A stretch of 60,039 nt of DNA, counting the filler, from Fonticula-like sp. SCN 57-25 (taxonomy: Eukaryota), in the NCBI GenBank assembly GCA_001724245.1. It is 4 parts of 4 records of this genome, joined end to end, with 100 filler letters (N's around TTAATTAATTAA, not from the genome) between each part and the next. Parts side by side here need not be neighbours in the genome. Positions count along the whole stretch, not along the records: positions 45,717 to 60,039 come from MEDX01000161.1; 3 more parts are not named here. One strand, given 5' to 3'. Below, piece after piece: positions 46,779 to 59,905 of this stretch. The translations under genes and the position numbers were made by a program. The notes beneath the pieces were generated by a model. That model was given only the letters and a program-made list of their open reading frames with translations, did no database searches and was not told where the DNA came from. Positions within the stretch are counted from its first letter, which is position 1. Each line of letters opens with the position of its first letter.

Positions 46779-48679
46779 ATGTCAACATCGTTTTATCAGG
46801 CGCAGATGCGCCAGCAGGGCATGTTTCCCTCTGTCGCCCCTGGCAGCATGAGTCACCTGGGAACCGAGGATGGCCCCGCGGCGGCGCTCGTCGACTACAT
46901 TCTCGAGCATGACCTCGAAGACGAGCGCCGCATGTACGCCATCGTACATTCTTTGTGTCTGGCCCCCGTAGCTAACCCGTTTTTCTCTTTAGGAACAAGG
47001 TGGCGCCGCAGCGCGAGCCGATGCACCAGCCGGTGGATGTCTGGGCCGAACTGGCCGCTGTCCACACTCTGCTCATCCGCGGTATCCCCCGCGACATTTC
47101 CCTCGCCACTCTCGAGCGCGTCCTTTCGGTGCGCGCGCTCCTCTCGCCGCTTGGCATGTAAGCTGATGGTCGTCTGGTTCTCTATTCTAGTCTTATGGCC
47201 AGTATTTCTCGCTGATGACTTCCGCTCTGCGCGAAGAGGGCTGTGTCCGCGTCACCTACTATGACCATCGCGAGGCAGAGAATGCGCTCCGCCTGCTGTC
47301 AAGCGACCAGAACTTTGGCGTCCGCCTGCACGTGCTGCCGTTCCCGCTTGTCGAGAGCGCCGACAGCGACTCTGGCGTCGGCATCATCGAAGTCTGGGGC
47401 CTCAACGGCATCGACGACTTTGACGTACGTGTTAGAGCTGCTGCCTTTGCCGGGCCCTAACGCGAGCGTGCTTGACCAGATTGTGCAATTTTGCAGCCAG
47501 TTTGGCCCCGTGCGCGCCACGATCCGCCGCTCCAACAGCTATGTTGTCGAGTATTTTGACCTTCGCGACGCGCGGCGCGCGCGCGAGCGCCTTCCGAGCC
47601 GCTCCATCGGCGACACGTTTGGCCCTGTTCGCTGCTCGTTTGTGTCTGGCCACCGCTCGTGGCTCGCCGCCGGCATCCCCTCGCGCTATGACGCTGGCAT
47701 GCCGCAGCAGCCGCCCATGATTCAATTTGCCCCGTCGTCGCAGCAGCATCAGCAGCAGATGGCTTCCGCTGCCGCGCTCTACGGCATGTCGTCGTCCTCG
47801 TCAACCGCTATGGCAGGCAACGCGATGGAAAACATGCCGCCATCCCCGACGACGGGCGCGCCGTGGGCCATGCAGCAGCGCCAGGCGCCCCAGCAGCAGC
47901 AGCAGCAGCAGCAGGGGAGCGGCGCGCCGCCGCCTCTGCTTAATGTCATGGTGAATGGACCGGCATTCCCGACCCAGAACAGCAACGCCATGTCTCTGCA
48001 TCAGCCCCCGCAGCGCTACCTGAACCCGTCTGCGGGCCGGCCCTCGATGCCGCCGCCGCAAGGCGCTCCGCGCGCGGCGCCCAACGGACCGTCGCCCGCG
48101 CCGCAGTCCCGCACGAACGATTCGACGTGCCCGATTGACATTGACGCGATTCGAGGCGGCCACGACCTGCGCACCACCCTGATGGTTCGCAACATCCCGA
48201 ACAAGTACACTCAGGACATGCTTCTTGAAGCGCTCAATAAGACGCACTACCGCAAGTACGACTTTGTGTACCTGCCGATCGACTTTACGAACCACTGCAA
48301 CGTCGGCTACGCCTTTGTCAATGTGATGAACCCCATGGACATTATTTCGTTTGTCGAAAACTTTGCGGGCAAAAAGTGGGAGCGCTTCAATTCGGACAAG
48401 ATCTGCGTCCTCAACTACGCGCGTATCCAGGGCAAGGATCACCTGGTGCGCCACTTCAAGCACTCCAATATCATGCACGAGCAGAAGAAATACCGCCCCA
48501 AGATTTTCTTCTCCGAGGGCGAGCGCTCGGGCCTCGAGGAGCCCTTCCCAGAGTCGGACGACGAGATGGACTCCTTCTCCGACAAGCTTTCGCGCATGGT
48601 CGCGGTTTCGAAGAAGACCCCCATGCAGCCCTTGCAGCAGCGGCAGCAGCAGATGCCCATGTACCGACCCGCTTATTAG
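46779..48679 (+). CDS. mei2: Mei2-like RNA-binding protein (3 RRMs)
   Basis: Diagnostic RRM3 DLRTTLMVRNIPNKYTQDML...YDFVYLPIDFTNHCNVGYAFVN...FNSDKIC.LNYARIQGK. RRM1 (VTYYDHREAENA) and RRM2 (VEYFDLRDARRA) precede it. Confidence 0.92.
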
Positions 48680-49563
48680 AGGCTCGGCAGGATTGCCTGC
48701 CGTCCTGTTGAGGCTGTCGCTGGCTCCTTCGTTTAATTTTGCGTGTACTTTGACGCGGCTTACCGCCATTTTGATCCATTTGGCTTCACGCTGCTCGAGG
48801 CAAGATCAGTTTTTGAGTTGGTCGCCTTTCTATATTTCACCGCTTTCGCCATGTTTTAAACCGAGTGGTTAATTTTGTCGGGAACGCCGTCCGCCGCGGC
48901 TCGTTCCTTTTCACCAAGGTGCTCGTGCTTGTTCTGCGCTATGTTTCTACTTTTCCAGCGATCTATTTTTCGTCATTGGTCGAATATTTGCTGCTTTTTT
49001 TGGCCGCCCTTTTTCGGGGAGTTTTTGCTTAATATTTGTTATGATATTCGCTGCGCCTCTCTCTTTTGAGAATCGGTCGCTTTTGTTCTGCGTATTGCTT
49101 TACTACTTTTCGCCTGACAGACGCAGAGATGCGCGCGCTTGCGAACGTTGTGCTTTTACTTGTTGAGCTTGTGGTCAGTACTGCTCGACCTTTTTTTGGT
49201 GTCACTTTTTGTTCGCACTGTTGACTTTGTGTCCTTTGGAGAACCCGACACGGATGCGCCTCGCGCGCTTCCCGATTGCCGATTTATTCTTTATGTTTAC
49301 TGCCTATTACGTTTTAGGTTTGTGAAGCCGCTTTTAGCGTTTGCAATATATTGGAACTGCCTTTTACTTTCATTGTCTTCTGTTCCATTGCACTTGCAGA
49401 AAGACCGACATACGACTGTATGTCTCTCTCATCTCGATGATTGATCGATGCGTTGATCATTATCAGTGAGATCACTGATGGTCATCAACGATGAAGCGGT
49501 TACGCGCCGTTTTTTTGAAAACACCATTCACAGTGCGAGATCCCCTTTGGCGGCGTCTGCGCG

Positions 49564-52243
49564 ATGACGAGCGAGGGTGATGCTGGCGTGTGGGCTGCGC
49601 TCACAAAGTGGATCAAGCGCAAGGCCCCTCAGCTTGCGCAGTACGAATTCTCTGACAACGATGACGAGGTCATCGGCATCGGCCAGGCGAGCACGCGCGT
49701 GTATCGCGCGACCAAACGCGACACCACTGAGGAGTTTGCGATCAAGGTGATCCACCGCAAGGCGCTTTCGGACGACAAGGTTGTTGAAGTGAAGCGCGAG
49801 ATGGAGATTATGCGCTCGCTCAAGGCGATCCCGCACGAGAATCTCGTCATGTTCCACGAGGCTTTTGAGGATGCCAAGAACTTTTACATTGTGATGGAGA
49901 TCATGGACGGCGGCGAGCTGTTTGACCAGATCGCCAAGCGCGGATCGTTTACTGAGCGCGATGCCTGTATTGTTATGAAGCAGATCGGCAGCGCGGTTCA
50001 GCATCTGCACTCTCACGGCTACATTCACCGCGACATCAAGCCGGAGAATGTGCTTTGCGCGATCCCCGACAGCCTCGAGCTCGTCAAGCTGTGCGACTTT
50101 GGAATGACAAAGAATATCAGCGAGGACATTGCGAGAACGCCCTGCGGCACCGTTAACTTTGTCGCTCCCGAGGTGGTTCTGAAGCACGGCGAGACGGTCG
50201 CGACGCGTAAGGGATACTCATTTAAGGCGGATATGTGGTCCATCGGCGTGCTCATGTTCATGGTGTACGCACATTCCCCTTGCTCCTCAACTAAGATTTT
50301 GTGCTTATTTTGTTGTTACCTTTAGATTGAGCGGTCGCCCGCCGTTCTTTGACGACACGACGAACGGGATCCTGGTCAAGATCCGCAACGGCGACTTTAG
50401 CTTTGCAACGAGCGAGTGGGACTACGTCTCGGAGAGCGCCAAGGATCTCATCCGCGAGTGCCTCCGCGTGCGCGCTGACGAGCGCATTGACGTTTCATCG
50501 TTCCTGCGCCATGCGTGGATGACCGAAGCCATGGTGCCCAAGCAGTTCTCGCCCAAGCTCATGTCGCCCCTCCTCCTGCGCGAGCCGTCTGTGCCTATCA
50601 AGGACTACATGAAGATGATGGTGCGGCCCGAGAGCCCTCGCGCGTCGTTTGCGGGCAACGGCGGTGCGGCGGCGCCGCCGCCAGCGGGCGTCGCGGGGGC
50701 GCCCAGCGGACCGGCCACCGGGTTCACGGGCGTCGTCGGGGAGCCAGAGCCCATTCTGTACCTGCACATGGGCGCAGAGCGGTTCCTCAAATGGACCCTC
50801 GGGGAAAACAAGCTCACTTTTGAGCTGCCAGAGTATTACTGCAAGCTAAAGGGACTCTCTTTTGGTGCGCCAGAAATGCTTGCTAAATGGTTGGTTGCTG
50901 ATACGCATGCGATGTTAGCGGGAAGCGGAACAACGTGCCAGGCGTGGAGCGATCACGAGTCGACGGATGTCCTTGTGCGCAAGGTCACGCAGGCGCTGCA
51001 CGACCCGACGGTGGCGTTCAAGGCGTGGAGGGAGGTGTATATTCTAAAGTCGCTCGAGCACCCGAACGTACGTTAGTAGCGCGGTTAATATACCTACCCA
51101 TGAGTTGGTTGCATAGATGAAGGCTATTGCGGCTTAATTTTATGTTGGATTGGACTGCATATCTAAATGGCGATGTTTTTAGGTGATCACTCTTCTGGAC
51201 GCGTTTGGTAGCCCCATGTCGGACGTGTACCTTGTGACTGAGCATGTTGAGGTGTCTCTGCGGACTCTGCTTGCGACGCGCCCTGTTACGCCCTCCGAGG
51301 CCGAGCTGCTGATGCACGACCTTTTGTCTGGCGCGCATGCGATGCACAGCGCGGAGCTCGTCCACCGCGACCTTAGGCCGGCCAACCTGCTCATCAAATT
51401 TGCCTTCAACCAGGTCTGCGTCCTGCAGATCGGCGACATGTCGTCCGTGGTGAGCCAGTCGAGCACGCGGCCGAGCATGCTGTCGACGTCGGGGCAGCGC
51501 AACTACCGCGCGCCCGAGACGCTCGCCTCGCAGACTAGCACTGCGGCGTCCGATCTGTGGGCCATCGGCACCATTATGGCAGAGACGCTCTCCAGCAAGA
51601 TGCTCTTCTCGGGCGTCAGCGACAAGGAAGTGTTTGTGAATATCATCAGGCTGCTGGGAACGCCGTCCGAGCAGATGCTAAAGGACGAACTCTGCGCCGG
51701 GCCTCCTGTACGCACTTCTGTTGGCATTCTCAAATATTTTGTCTTTATCGATAGTCTTGTTTTTTTTGGCCGCCATCAAATTACCCTTTCTCTTTTGTTG
51801 GCTTGCTATTATTTCTTCTGACGCACGTTTATGTGTTAGCTGGTGGAGGCCGTGTCCAAGGAGGTGTTCCGCAAGGCCTCTCCTCTGTCAGGGCGCCTGC
51901 CTGAAGCGACTCCCGCGCCGCTTGCGGACCTTTTGTCACAGTTGGTGACGTACTCGCCATCCGCCCGCATGACCGCACGCTCGGCCATGCTGCACCCGGC
52001 CCTCAAGAAGGCGCACGCCGCGGCCGCGGCCGTCGCCACCAGGTCGCTGCCCATTGGCTCGTACCTCGCATCCATGGAGGAGCAGCGCGGCGTTAACTGG
52101 AAAAGTGCGCCTTTATTTTATGGGTTGCTAGATGGCCGCCTGATGCTAACGCCGCCGCCGCGCCGCGTCTAGATATGCTGCTCACCGAGCTGGACTCATT
52201 CCACGAGACCGTCGTGAACCCGAATTTCCCGCTGTCATTATAG
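49564..52243 (+). CDS. Two-domain kinase: CAMK-group MAPKAP-kinase-like domain fused to a p38/Hog1-like pseudokinase
   Basis: Domain 1 is intact (FAIK, HRDIKPEN, DFG, TPCGT..VAPE). The open ORF 50327-51076 links it to domain 2 (FELPEYY, REV.ILK.L.HPNVI.LLD.F.SP..DVYLVTE, HRDLRPANLL, YRAPE, WK.ML..ELDSFH). Confidence 0.85.
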
Positions 52244-52731
52244 GTGAAGAACAAGCGAGGGAGGGGGTCGCGTATATTCATTATCTATTTATTATCCGAG
52301 AAATGGTTATTTTTTATGAGGGTGTTGTATAATTTTGGCGTTGCGCCACCCGTGTTCTAATAGAACAGAAAGCATATTGAGATGATGCAAGTAGCGGGGC
52401 TAAAACGCAGGGGAACCGTCAACTCGGAACCCTCTCGCAATGCTCTCATACACAATATACTAGGGTACTCAATGTGAACGCCAAGCGCGGTGCAGTGCAG
52501 GAGTACCAATGAACAGAATGATAAACTAAAGAATGCAAATGCCGAGGTTCCTGCTATAATCCGAGTTCGTGTCGAATCGAAAATGTCCAAGTCACGTGAT
52601 TAGCGGTTACCGCAAATTTCAAACAACTCGCCATCATCGGCATGGCGCGGTCGAGCGGGGCATCCGTCGACGGCGACCTGTCGTCGCGACCCCGCTGGCA
52701 CTCCACGACACGTTCGTTGACCACTTCCATG

Positions 52732-54661
52732 CGTCATGACACCTTCACTGCCCTTCCGACCCTGTCGCACCGCCCTTTCAGCGGTGTGCGATCGCGCGTC
52801 AAGTTGGCGTGGGCCGGCTCTGCATCGCCCCTCAAGGAGAATCTCCAGCAGCAAGTGGCGCGATCTGTTGCGTCCGGCGACGTACACGTCAAGCCTGTTT
52901 CGCCGGCGTCGCGTTCGGCGGCTATCCGTAGCGCAACGCAAGTTCGTGCGACGCCCAGGGCGCCTATTGGAGCATCGGCTGCAGCAGGGCCTTCGACGAT
53001 GGCTGCGCGGACGACGATCGCAGCAAAGAAAGCCGCACCGACACCAAGCAGCCGTGGGAGTGTGCTGGCAGTATCAAATACCGCGACATTGCGCGCATCG
53101 GTAGATAGGAGCAAATCACGTGTGGACACGAAAGCAGGGGCGACCACGAAAGCAATGGGTACAAAATCAAGCGTGAAACCTTTGGCAAACCCCCGCCCTG
53201 CCTCTAGCGCTGAGCGCGCAACGATCTCTTTGGCAGCCAGGGTACCACTAACGCAAAGGGCGGTGCCCAAGCCTTTCGCCAAGCCGGTGGCTGTGTCAAA
53301 GGGAGGCGCCTCATTGGCGGCCGAGGGTGCTTGTAACAAGACACCGTCTACCGCACGATCGTCCGCTGCGGTGTCAAAGCAAACAACACGAGCACCAACG
53401 TCTGCTATCCAAAGGCGAGCAGTGCCGGTGATCAGGCCAGCAGCCGCGTCCAAACAAGCAGCGCCTGTAGCAAAGCAAGCAGAAACGAAACTTCAAACAT
53501 CGCCGGTAACCAAGGTCGCAAAAAATATCAAGGAAGCGACGTCAGTTGCTTCAACGCAAGCCGTGCAATCCACAAAAGCACATCAAGCGCAGAAAAAGGA
53601 AATATTGCATGTTCATTCGGTGGCCGCGTCGCCTCTTGCTTGCATGACTGCGTCATCAGACGGCGAGCGGCAGCTCTGCCTACCTGCCACGTCCCCGCGG
53701 ATCGGGGCCGCCAAGCGCGCGCTTGACGCGCCGTCCCCGCTGGCGAGTAAGCGGTCTCGTCCGCTGCCGTCGGGCCTCTCCCCGACGTCGCAGCGCCGCG
53801 CCGAGTCGCGTCTCCTGCACGACAAGGCGCTTGAGCGCGACGTGTACGAGTGGCTGTGCGCCGTGCTGCCTCTGCGCGCGCCCGCCGCGCCGTGGGACGA
53901 CGACGCGCTGCCTTCCCTGCTTGCCTCGGGTGACACGCTGCATGCGCTTCTTCTTCTCGTGACAAGAGCCTGCCAAAGCAATGTGGTTGTGCCGCCGTTG
54001 CGGTTTCCGGGCGCGGCCCCAGGGTCCTTCTTTGCGCGCGACAACATTGCGGTGTTTGTCCATGTGGTTTCAAAGCTGCTGGCAGCGCACGGCAATGGGT
54101 GCGACAGAGTTGGCAGGGGACGCGGCGCCGCGTTTGAGGTTGCGGACGTCGTCAACGGCGACATGGCGCCTGTGGCGCGCGTGATACTGCAGCTTGCGAG
54201 GGGCATGCCGCGTAGCGGAGGTGACGGCGGGGAAATAAGCGCTCTACCGCAGTCGGTCGCGTTCGAGGACGAAATTGACATGGAAATTAAACAGGAGGAG
54301 CAGGCCATTGAGGAAACGGCCGCGGCCGAAGAAACGATGGCGACGGAAGCAGCAGACGATCTTGCTGCGAATAAGGTGTACGCGGCAGCGACGGATGACG
54401 AGGTACGCATGGAGACTGCCTACTTTGCGACGTTCCTGACACGATAATGGGCAGATTGACGCGCATGTGGCAAAGTTGGTAGAGGAGCGCGCGCCGTGGC
54501 TGTCGAGTAGGCTTACCCGCGTGCGGCGCGGGACCTATCACTTACGCGTTGGCGACTCACAGATCGTCAAGATGTACGTGCGCGTGTTGTGGATGCAGCT
54601 CATGGTGCGCGTCGGCGGCGGGTGGGAAGATATGTTTTCTTTTTGCGAGCGCCGCAGGTGA
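52732..54661 (+). CDS. GAS2-family actin-microtubule linker (CH + GAR domains) with long basic N-terminal region; start uncertain
   Basis: CH domain (DVYEWL...LASGDTL, APGSFFARDNIAVF, FEVADVV) and GAR domain (RVRRGTY...MYVRVL..QLMVRVGGGWEDM). Intron ~54403-54454. Confidence 0.85.
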
Positions 54662-54810
54662 CAGCAGTCCTTTAGTGTATCATTTTCAGCAACAATCCAG
54701 TGAGTAGTTATAAAAACACGCACTATATGTATTCCGAATTATACAAACAAACAACGAGAACAACGGAAGCAAGCAACACGAATAACAGTTAAAATGAATA
54801 GAATCGTGGT

Positions 54811-56918
54811 TTACACCGGGAACCTCTGCCCAGCGACAGCAATGGGAAAGTGCTGCAGCTGCGAGCTGTGTACGTAGTGCTCACACACCGAGCACCAGGT
54901 ATTAAAGTCTCGCAATGAAAGACACATTGGGTGACCCTCGCCAGCTGCGTGAGCGCTTGCGTGCGCCTGTATATACCGAGAGCATCGCACAGCACCGCAG
55001 TGCAGGCACATCCAATTCTCCTCCTTGCTCGAGCAATCAGCGCATGGCGCAGCCTCGGTGCCGTCAAACAGATCTACCCTTGACACATCAAGCTGCGAGC
55101 GGATCACATCCGCCACGTGCGGGCATGTCGACAGGACAGTCACTGCGCCCCCGCGGTCCGTCTCCGCCGTCAGCTCGGCCGCGGCGGCACTATTCAATGC
55201 GGCAGCGCTCCCCATAGTCGGCGTCGACGGCGCAGATGCGGCCGCTCCTACTGCTTCTGTTGTCGCTGTCGAGCTCGTCAATGCGATTCCCGCTGCTGCT
55301 CCTCCTCCGCGTGTCGTTGAAATAGGAGGCGCGGTGCGCGAGGGCTGCGGCGCTGCCGACCGTGTACTTGACCTCGGTGTCGTGGGCGGCGTCGTGCTAC
55401 AGCAGCGAGAGTGTCAGTATAAAAGTGCGCGGCTCGGTCGCGTGATGCGCACGAGGCCGATTTGGCTGCCGCTATGCGCGCTGAGGAGCGTTTGATGGTC
55501 GGGAGGGATGTCCACACTTGTGAAAGAGCAAGAATGGTCGTGTTGATGTCTGCAGCGGCGTCGGCCCGTGGCTCGCCAGAGACGACCGCCGCTGTGCTGA
55601 TCGCGTCAGGCCCGTCCAGCATGATGCGCGCACAAGCGACGGCGGACGCGCTGATGGATTCTAAATTGTAGCCGCCCTCAAGCGCGAGGAGGACGCGCCC
55701 GCCGGCCAGCGACATGAGCTCCTTCATCATGTACGCGTAACCCGCGGGCGTCACCGTGCAGCCGCCGAGCGGGTCGCCCAGCGCAGCATCAAAGCCAGCA
55801 GAAATAAGCACCAGCTGCGGGCGGTACTCGCGCGCAATGGGCATGATAACGCGGTCAAACGCGGCGGCGTACTCGCGGTCGCCCTGCCGTGGGCGCTCCC
55901 AGCCAACATTGATATTGTAACCTTTGCCCTGTAGAGAGCATCACAATCATGCATGAGAAAAGCCAAAGAAAAAAATTTAGAGAGCAGAACGAGTTGTGCA
56001 AAAACGTACGGCTCCCTTGCCGATGTTGAGCGGGCTGCCGAGCTTTCCTCCCGGGTAAAATGAGCCGCTCTCGTAGCGGTGGAGGGACACGTACATGACC
56101 CGGGGATCCTCCTCAAACATAAGCTGCGTGCCATTGCCGTGATGCACGTCCCAGTCAAGGATGAGTACGCGGTCCAGGCCCAGCGTGTGCACCGCAACAG
56201 CCGCGGCAACCGCCACGTTGTTGAAGAAGCAGAAACCCATTGCACGGTGCGCCTCGGCGTGGTGGCCGGGCGGCCGCACAATCGCCATTCCGCTCTTAAT
56301 CTTGCCCTTTACAATCTGCTCCGTCATCTCCACGCACTATGCGACACGCAGGTGGGCGGGGGTCAGCCTTGGGGAAAGGCAAAGGCAAAGCAAGTGAGAT
56401 AGTCGTACCGAGCCTGCCGATAGCAGCGCGCACTCTACGCTGTCCTTGTTGATGTAAACAGAGTTGTAGGACCCTGACGCCTTGTTCAAGTCGTCCTGCG
56501 TAAGGCTGGCGTCCATGAGGCGGCGGCACGCCTCAACATGGCTGGCCGTGTGCACATAGCCAAGCTCGCTGTCCGTTACCTATCGATAGAGGACGAACGA
56601 GGCGTCAGAGGGGAACGCAATAGGCGCGATCTACGACGGCGCACCTCGCGCGGCGGTATCAACCTAAAGCGGTCATAGAGACCCGCCTCCTTGAGAGCAG
56701 ACTCGATGGAGACGAGTCGCTCGGGGCACTCGGGGTGCTCGTCGTCGTCCGGGTCAAAGTGGCGGCCCATGGTATGATCGAGAATGAGGCCTGAGACTGC
56801 AGCCGTACAAAGATATCGCGTCAGCAATCAATAGACTGGCTCATAATCGCGCACCGGTGGCATCCTCGAGCGCGACGCTCGACAGGCGCGTGAGCAGCCC
56901 GGGCACGTCGGCACTCAT
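54811..56918 (-). CDS. HDAC6: Class IIb histone deacetylase with a single catalytic domain and C-terminal ZnF-UBP (HDAC6-like)
   Basis: [55 protein letters not shown]. ZnF-UBP: CPH...CADC...ENWMCLHC...CSRY..AH...H...WC..C. Confidence 0.88.
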
Positions 56919-56989
56919 CGCGCGCCAACAACTGACCGCAGACCCTGACAAGTCACCACTTGAATCTGTCTTGGATCCGGATTGTATTA

Positions 56990-56997
56990 TCACGTGA
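56990..56997. promoter_or_regulatory. E-box TCACGTGA in the HDAC6/MED4 bidirectional promoter
   Basis: CACGTG recurs in upstream regions at 1142, 37825, 39238, 40288, 42747, 52593 and 56991. Confidence 0.45.
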
Positions 56998-58057
56998 TGA
57001 CGCGGCGAGAGGAGGCGGCAGCGGCCGCAGCGGGTAGCGAGACTAACCTGTCGCTGTTATCATTAAAGGTGCGTTAGAGAGGAAGGCGTGACGGCTTTTA
57101 ACCAAGATGCTTGCATTAGGTGACTGCACAGGCCCGCCTTGCCCACTATGCTGCCCTCACACGACAGCTGCTGACCACAATACAAGATGCCGCCGAGCGA
57201 CCTCAGGATGCCGCAATATCCGCCCCGCTGTCATCTCTCCCGACATATGCTCTCATGGAACAGCTCCTTATTGCAGACGCCCAATTTCAGAGTTCAGTTG
57301 AAGAGCGTACGAATGATTTCGGAGGGATTCTGTTTTTTTTGGCTCGACCGCACTGTTTTCTCCCGTCGGCTTGGTGTCGTACCGTACACCCCTAGTCGGT
57401 GCCGTTTCCTTTTTTTTAATCGTGAATTGTGAATGATCCTTGTGCTTTTTGCTTTGCTTTCCAACGATGCTTCATGACTCTATGCCACATTTGCGTTTTG
57501 TTTTCTTTGGTTTGCTGCCATTTCCATGTCCGCTTCGCGTGCTTACGTGACGCTATGGGGTAGTGCATGCGCACCAGCGCTTCCAGCGCCGCATTGACGA
57601 CGTGCAGGCGGAGGTGCGCCGCCTTGATGACCAGCTTGACGCGTTGGTGCGAAACCTCCGCGTTGCCGAGACGCAGCTGGAGGGCGCCCTTGACCGCGGG
57701 CGCTCGCGGCTCGCCTCGATGCAGCAGGCGGACGCGCGCGGCGTGACCGTGGACGATATTGTCTCGTACGCGCGGCGCATTAGTTACACGACGGCGGCGC
57801 CGCCGCAGTTCACGGGCAAGGGGCCGCTCGCGCCTTCCATGCCGCCCGCGCCGCGAGAGGAGCAGATGGCGCTTTCGCTGCTTTACAGGAAGACGGGCGC
57901 GTGGAGCGATGCGGCCCCGACGACGGCGGTTGCCGCTGGTGTTGCGGGCGCGGCGCAGGAGGCCGTTAAGGGGGCAGCCTCACTGCAGGCTTCCATCCAG
58001 CTGCCGATGCAGGCCGACGACGTGCAGGCCGACGAGGACTACAGCCTCGATTTGTAA
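56997..58057 (+). CDS. MED4: Mediator subunit MED4 (3 exons)
   Basis: Coiled coil followed by V.VDDIVSYARRISYTTAAPP...PPAPREEQM..SLL and an acidic tail DYSLDL. Confidence 0.85.
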
Positions 58058-58532
58058 TTTTTGTGTGTATATATAATATGAGTGTTGATATCCATTTTTG
58101 TTGCTTTCGAGAGATTTGGACGTCCAGTAGTGATCGAATGCGTTTCGCCCGTGACATTGACTAGAGGCGGCTGCTCAGTGGAACAACTGCCGTGGTTGTA
58201 CAGATGTACAGGAGCGAATATACGGTGTGATTAATGGAATGGCGACATTGGAACAGACAAATGGTATTGTGGTTTCATAATTTTGCATGCATACGCCACC
58301 CGCAGCCGACCAGCAGGCCACCGGTATCATAACGCAGTCAGCAGTTGTCTGACAAATATCCGGTGCATATCGCCCTTACGATCAGTGTGCTGATCTGGAT
58401 TTGATTGCGATCGCCTGGCGCGACCAATCATTTTCACGCATTTGTCTCATATTCACAAGACAATCACTGCTGCGTCACTTTCATTCGTTTCCCACCCCGC
58501 CATCCTCCACCACGACTTGCACTGCTTGAAAC

Positions 58533-59905
58533 ATGTCCGATATTGACACCCGCACCATGGCGCTTAGCGCGCGCGCCGCGAGCCGCCACCTGCGCACTTT
58601 GCCCGCATCTGTTCGTGTGAGCATCCTGAACGAGATCGCCGACTCGATTGTGCGCCAGGAGAGCGAGATCCTAGCCGAGAACGCTAAGGACCTTGCTGCA
58701 TCGTCGTCGCTCCCGCCCGCGATGGCCCAGCGCCTCGGACTCAAGCCGGAAAAGCTCCAGGCGCTTGTTGCCGGTGTTCGCCAAATGGCAAGCGCGGAAG
58801 ACCCTCTCGGCCGCGTGCTTCGGCGCACCGAGCTTGCCCCTGGGCTTGAGCTGAGGCAGGAGACAGTACCCATTGGCGTGCTGCTTGTGATCTTTGAGGC
58901 GCGCCCGGACGCTCTCATTCAGGTCGCGTCGCTGAGTATCCAGAGCGGTAACGGACTTTTGCTGAAGGGCGGCCGCGAGGCGCTCTATTCAAACCGGATC
59001 CTCCACCGTATCGTCATCGATGCGGTGTCGTCGCAGGGGGTCAACCCCGGTCTCATCGGCCTTGTTGAGTCTCGCGACACGGTCGAATCGCTGCTCAAGC
59101 ATGACGATGTTATTGATCTTGTGATCCCGCGCGGGTCCGGCGAGATGGTGCGCCACATCCAGAGCTCGACGCGGATTCCCGTTCTTGGACACGCCGACGG
59201 TGTCTGCCACGTTTTTCTTCCAAGCCCCGTGTCCGACGAAGCGATGGCAGTGCGCATCGTTGTGGACAGCAAGACGGACTACCCCGCAGCCTGCAACGCG
59301 ATGGAGACCTTGCTGCTCACAATCGAAGTTGCCAAGAGTGAGTATGGCGCAAAGGTCATTGCCGCTCTCCGCGAAAAGGGCGTTGTGCTGCATAAGGGGC
59401 CGCGCGCAGCTGCGCTTGCTCTTCCCCTTTTCGAGGACATGGAACTCAATCCCAACCTCTCCACCGAATACTCGGACCTCGCTGCGACAGTCGAGATCGT
59501 TGGCGACGTCCGCGAGGCAATCGAGCATATCAACAAGTATGGCAGCGGACATACCGACGCGATCGTCACAGATGATGCGCACTTGGCGGCTGTGTTCCAG
59601 GCGGGTGTTGACTCGGCCTGCGCTTTCCACAACGCGTCGACGCGGTGCGCGATGGGGAATAGTGTTGATACTACTCCGTTTATCTGCAATGCTAACGCTT
59701 GCTCTTCGCCCATTATAGATTTGCGGATGGGTACCGCTTCGGCCTGGGCGCGGAAGTGGGCATTGCAACGGGACGGATTCACGCGCGCGGGCCCGTTGGG
59801 GTGGAGGGCCTCCTCACAACAAAATGGATCCTGCGTGGCGAGGGCCATGTCGCTGCTCAATTCGCGCAGGGAGGATACACTCACAAGACGCTGCCTCTTA
59901 ACTAG
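58533..59905 (+). CDS. PRO2: Gamma-glutamyl phosphate reductase (stand-alone ProA/Pro2)
   Basis: [88 protein letters not shown]. Intron ~59646-59718. Confidence 0.96.

Noticed and set aside
52357-52590. Small minus-strand ORF or structured RNA (AACTCGGA at 52421 with TCCGAGTT at 52560)
   Set aside because: The ORF starts at a non-ATG codon, only an 8-bp inverted match is present, and I see no recognisable snRNA, snoRNA or RNase MRP motifs.
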